Below are positions 60,227 through 64,000 of a stretch of 64,000 nt of DNA, one piece after another. Location of the stretch: IMG/VR virus record IMGVR_UViG_3300025018_003790, one strand, 5' to 3'. Position 1 is the stretch's first letter. Each line of letters starts with the position of its first letter. A model generated the notes under the pieces. The model saw only the letters and a list, made by a program, of their open reading frames with translations, was not told where the DNA came from and made no database searches. The position numbers and the translations under genes are program-made. This DNA is from a virus. Lineage: Duplodnaviria > Heunggongvirae > Uroviricota > Caudoviricetes.

Positions 60227-60562
60227 TCATAGCACAACCATTGGAAAATTCATGCCACATAAATGACAAATCCATAAAAAGGGTGCAACAACAAGCACAC
60301 ATTCAGCAGTCAAAAGGCCGCCAACACAATCAGCAAAAAATGGGATTTCTTTTCCAACCATCGCATTCAAACTATAATCAAAAGTCCAACCGCCCAAAAG
60401 AAAAATAATAACCATAGCTAACAAACAACAATAACAAGAATATACCAATGAATCTGTGTTACCACTCTTTTGTTTTCTTGTTTTTTTAATTTGATCTAGT
60501 TCTGCAATTGATCTTTTAATTGGCTGACCAAAATAAAGATCCGTCTCAGATTCGTCTGGCAT
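60227..60562 (-). CDS. small Cys-rich membrane protein, paralog 2
   Basis: CYCCLLAMVIIFLLGG...VGKEIPFFADCVGGLLT...VAPFLWICHLCGMNFPMVVL. Confidence 0.45.
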   Translation of the reverse strand: MPDESETDLYFGQPIKRSIAELDQIKKTRKQKSGNTDSLVYSCYCCLLAMVIIFLLGGWTFDYSLNAMVGKEIPFFADCVGGLLTAECVLVVAPFLWICHLCGMNFPMVVL

Positions 60563-60963
60563 TCTCCGGCCCCTTTTCAGCTTGGCATACCATTAACAAT
60601 TTGCCAAGGTTCAACGCCAACAGATTCAATGTATTTGCATCTTTTCCAAATTTCTTCGACATTTGCCGCAGCCAACGACAATTCGTCTTTATGGAAATAA
60701 AAAACGACAGGATCACCGCCTCCGCAACTTTGACCGTGCATATCTCTATTAAATTCCATAAATACCTTATCTAGAAGGTCTTGCGCCTCAACTTCCATTT
60801 CGTCTGTCATCCAATCATATTCGTATGGACTGAAAATTAAGACTTTTAATTTCCAATAGATATCATCATGATTTTCAAAAGGATTAACAAGAGATTGTGG
60901 CTCAGAAAGTTCTTCATTGCTCATTCCATCTCTCCTTCATTGGTTTTTTTTCGAACCTAACAA

Positions 60964-61035
60964 TACCCCCGGCAGGAATCGAACCTGCATTAATGGCTTA
61001 GAAGGCCACTGCTCTATCCATTGAGCTACGGAGGC
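60964..61035 (-). tRNA. tRNA-Arg(TCT)
   Basis: 72 nt: acceptor GCCTCCG/CGGGGGT (two G-U pairs), D-arm GCTC-AATGGATA-GAGC, anticodon arm GTGGC-CTTCTAA-GCCAT, T-arm GCAGG-TTCGATT-CCTGC, discriminator A. Confidence 0.85.
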
Positions 61036-61081
61036 AAACTACGAACCGTCAGTCTAGCCAACCATTCAATTATACTTCAAT

Positions 61082-61615
61082 TCATTCTTTAACTGCTGTT
61101 TTCTTTTCGTTCATTTTGGTCTCAACAATTTTCGGGACATAATTTGAAACATCAAGGTTCAAATCGAACAATTGTTTAACCATTGAAGAACTGAGATGAC
61201 TCAAGTCCTGGTCTCCAGTCAAAAATACTGTTTGAACTCCAGATATTTCTTGATTGATCTTTGCTATTTCAATTTCAAACAAAAAATCAGTTACACTTCG
61301 GAGGCCCCGCACGATTGAGACGTTGGCGTTCCCAAGCCTTTCCATTATTTCTTTTGCTGTGACTGCTGTTGATCCTTCATAACAAACAACACTCCACATC
61401 CCGTCAAAATCATCAAGTGTTTCTTTTAGAGCTTGATTGACAAGTTCTTCTCGTTCTTTGATATCAAAAAATTCACTTCCTACCTTTGCCGGGTTGATGC
61501 CAATCCCAACAATCACATGATTAAAGACATTTGTTGCTTCTTTGATCACAGAGATATGGCCGAATGTAATTGGATCAAAGCTTCCTGGGTAAAAACCTGC
61601 CGAAATTTTATTCAT
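61082..61615 (-). CDS. cytidylyltransferase-fold nucleotidyltransferase (PPAT/NadD-like)
   Basis: AGFYPGSFDPITFGHISVI = (T/H)xGH motif in the PPAT/NaMN-adenylyltransferase context. The start is probably the ATG at 61613-61615 (AAGGGA SD), because the upstream 44 codons of the ORF-track call lie in a GC-rich leader. Confidence 0.6.
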   Translation of the reverse strand: MNKISAGFYPGSFDPITFGHISVIKEATNVFNHVIVGIGINPAKVGSEFFDIKEREELVNQALKETLDDFDGMWSVVCYEGSTAVTAKEIMERLGNANVSIVRGLRSVTDFLFEIEIAKINQEISGVQTVFLTGDQDLSHLSSSMVKQLFDLNLDVSNYVPKIVETKMNEKKTAVKE

Positions 61616-61760
61616 AATCCCTTGATCGCTTTCTTCCGGCGGCCCGGCGCTTCCTGGCCGCCTCCTGCTTCGTGCCACCATGATACCCCGAAGCACCGCT
61701 CTTAGCAATACGCCAGAGGCTTTCTTCGACGGCCCGCCTTTGGGCAACAGCGTCGGGCAT
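61616..61760 (-). promoter_or_regulatory. GC-rich leader with TATCATGGTGGCAC element
   Basis: Shares TAT(A/C)ATGGTG(C/G)CAC and downstream GGCCAG(A/G)A composition with the 6165-6275 leader. Confidence 0.4.
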
Positions 61761-62872
61761 ATCGGTGGACTCGATTCTATTTGTTTTTTTCTCCCTTTTC
61801 ATTTTCTTCCTCTATCCATCCAAATCCAGACTGACATACTCCCTCCGCTAAAGCAGGAGGGCTTTCTAGCCGTGTTCTTTATAATGAGCGATGACATCAT
61901 TAAAAAAGTTCCAAACAAAGGGAACTATTTCCTTTTTTCCCCATAACTTCTTCATGTGTCAACCACAAAAGTTCCGAACATTTATCAGGTTCTTTAATTT
62001 CATGTATTCCACTCCAAATTGCTGTTTCCCAAAAAAGGTCCAGATATTCGCCTTTATCGCCCATCCGATGGCAAACATGGCAAAGATTCATATTTTCAGT
62101 TTAAACACCAACACCAACTTTCAGTCTGAAACGCTCGTCGCCCGTGTCGCTCATATCACTCATTCTACACCCCTAAACTTAAAACAAAAATCAAAAATCT
62201 TTGCAGTTTATTCATTTTCTTTTCTCCCTAAAATTGGGCTTGTTGCTCCAAAAAATAAACATTAAGTTCTTGATAATCTACTAAATCATCACCATATTGC
62301 TCGTTATATTCATAGATATAAAATCCAAGAATTTGTTTTCCTTGATCAACAAGTTGTTGAAGGATTTCTTCGATTATAAACGGTTGTTTAAAAACTTCAC
62401 ATTTGACCATAATTTACTCCTGTTCTTCAAATTCTCCGATGTCCTCCGGTTCCAACCCATTCATCCATTCCTGATAAAATAGTCCTCTGACAGTATACTC
62501 TTCAATTTGAAGCCCTCGCCGTCTGGTTCTTTGGAAACGTTCTTTATCTGTTTCTTTAGCCATTAATTCTGCTTCTGCTTTGACTAAAGGAATTATTCCA
62601 CAGGAAGAGATTGAACAATATCTACCAAGACAATAAAGTTCAAGTTCTGGTAGAATTTTTTTGAATTGAGTCCAATCAACCGGCAATTCTGGTAAATTCA
62701 ACCCATCTGTTTTACCTGTTGCAGCAAACCATTTAATCAAGCTGATCCCAACAATTTCATCTTCTTCATCATCTCTAAAGATTCACAACTGAGGTTCAAA
62801 AAAACAATCTTCATAAAAGGTTCCTGGTTGAATTTCAGGTCTTATATGCGCTTCAGATATTGAATTCCCCTT

Positions 62873-64000
62873 TCATAAATTAATCTTTTCTGGAAAATCT
62901 CTTGGAATTAGAGAAATTTGGTCAAAGAAATCAAGTTCTTGCGACAGTGCTACAAAACCATGACCTTTTAAATTGATTACCATTTCAGTTGTTTCAGCAT
63001 CTGGAAAAACATCCATAATTTCATCAGCTTCTTCAATGGCCCCGCAAGGCACAATCATCGGAATCCCATCAATTTCTTTTGTCAACATGGGGGCACCTTC
63101 AACATAAAAATGCCCATGAATAATATATCTAATGTTGGGATAAAAATCATAAAGACAAAGTTGAACTGGTGCATCTACTGAAGGTTTATGTGGGCCAAAA
63201 AATTCAACAGGAAGAACACCTGGATTCAAAGCGACAAAACCATCTTTGGAAATCATTGATTTATTTAGATTTCTTTTAGACATATAAATATAATTTTCAT
63301 CTTTGAATGATGTGAATCCGTTCAAACAACGATCAACAATTTTATTTCTAAAAGAGGCATTCCCTAAATATCTAACTTGTTCGACACCTGGAAATTTGCT
63401 TTCAAAAAGACAATTAAAATCATCAGAAAATCTTCGAACTATTGTAAAAAAGGCTTCATCCTCGGGAATTTCAACAGCTTCCCCGGCTTGAAAACTACTG
63501 ATTCTTGTAACATAGAGACTAAGTTGACTTGCTCTTTCAGCAACAACCCTGCACAATTCCTGAATTTCTGTTGAATAATCTAAAAAGAGATTACCAAAGG
63601 GGTCAAGAACACGGGCTTGGAATTTATCATTTGCTCTTGAAAACTCTATTACAATATTTGATCTTGTTCTAAGAGAGTGTTGAACCACATCAAAAGATGT
63701 GTAATTCCCATTTTCAACTCGTTTTGATGAAATAAAAATACTTGTTTTGTATTTTGATTTCATTTTGTCAATAAGCTTTTCAAGTTCATTGGGGATATTT
63801 GGCATCCAAAGAACTATATCAAAATCGTTTTCTTCTGAGAGAACAGCTTGTAAATTTTGATAATAGCCTCCGTTACGAAGTTCTATTTCAAGACCTATTT
63901 TTTGGAATTCTTCTGACATTTGTTGAACTATGCCAGAAGATTTGCCTCCATTTAAATCAAAATTCCCACCAACAAAAAGAAGTTTCATGGGATTCTTCAT
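62873..64000 (-). CDS. hypothetical protein (375 aa); start codon is the last triplet of the window
   Basis: ORF track; N-terminal KLLFVGGNFDLNGGKSSGIVQQ Rossmann-like glycine-rich segment, no confident family call. Confidence 0.45.
   Translation of the reverse strand: MKNPMKLLFVGGNFDLNGGKSSGIVQQMSEEFQKIGLEIELRNGGYYQNLQAVLSEENDFDIVLWMPNIPNELEKLIDKMKSKYKTSIFISSKRVENGNYTSFDVVQHSLRTRSNIVIEFSRANDKFQARVLDPFGNLFLDYSTEIQELCRVVAERASQLSLYVTRISSFQAGEAVEIPEDEAFFTIVRRFSDDFNCLFESKFPGVEQVRYLGNASFRNKIVDRCLNGFTSFKDENYIYMSKRNLNKSMISKDGFVALNPGVLPVEFFGPHKPSVDAPVQLCLYDFYPNIRYIIHGHFYVEGAPMLTKEIDGIPMIVPCGAIEEADEIMDVFPDAETTEMVINLKGHGFVALSQELDFFDQISLIPRDFPEKINL

Noticed and set aside
52289-61035. Stop-codon recoding with a suppressor tRNA (as in some large phages)
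   Set aside because: None of the seven tRNAs has a CTA, TTA or TCA anticodon, and the long ORFs are not interrupted by in-frame stops.
1-64000. Eukaryotic giant-virus origin (suggested by kinase, PP2C, PTH2, MORN, TnpA/TnpB and tRNAs in an AT-rich sequence)
   Set aside because: Genes have Shine-Dalgarno motifs, overlapping stop/start coupling and single-strand operon organisation. A bacterial-type prepilin leader is present. A bacteriophage or prophage context fits better.

Overview
This 64-kb window is AT-rich, with GC roughly 30-35% by eye (not computed) and a few short GC-rich islands. Coding density is very high and almost all genes sit on the minus strand; the main exception is a block on the plus strand at about 25.2-28.7 kb and a single gene at 44.9 kb. 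Gene starts (ATG, and often TTG in the ORF track) are preceded by Shine-Dalgarno motifs (GGGAG, AAGGAG, GAGGAGG), so the sequence is prokaryotic, not from a eukaryotic giant virus. The content is typical of a large bacteriophage or prophage-like element. It has seven tRNA genes (52.3-61.0 kb) interspersed with small ORFs, two free-standing HNH endonucleases, a beta-class DNA amino-methyltransferase and a PTH2-type peptidyl-tRNA hydrolase. It also has many small acidic or membrane ORFs without recognisable homology, and two copies of an IS607-family TnpA/TnpB element. No classical capsid or terminase genes are recognisable in this window, and no rRNA or CRISPR array is present. Two regions stand out. 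The first (30-39 kb) encodes glutamine-dependent NAD synthetase (NadE), a nicotinate phosphoribosyltransferase (PncB)-like enzyme and a MORN-repeat protein. It continues with a vWA protein, a cysteine-hydrolase-like protein, an atypical protein kinase and a PP2C phosphatase. Part of this region lies on a higher-GC patch. A PPAT/NadD-like nucleotidyltransferase and a nucleoside hydrolase lie elsewhere in the window. Together this looks like a phage-borne Preiss-Handler-type NAD+ rebuilding route coupled to a vWA-kinase-PP2C phospho-signalling triad. The second region (47.6-51.6 kb) is an IS607-like element. Between its tnpA (serine recombinase) and tnpB genes it carries an SF2 helicase-like ATPase and a small acidic protein as cargo. 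A shorter copy of the element without tnpA and cargo (19.7-21.1 kb) fixes the element ends to within a few nucleotides. Other observations are a promoter-to-terminator GC-rich candidate ncRNA of about 330 nt (46.95-47.32 kb), a recurring GC-rich leader carrying a TGTGGTATAAT-type extended -10 element, an aberrant tRNA-like gene, and in-frame tandem repeats. Coordinates of RNA and regulatory elements were placed by hand and may be off by a nucleotide or two.
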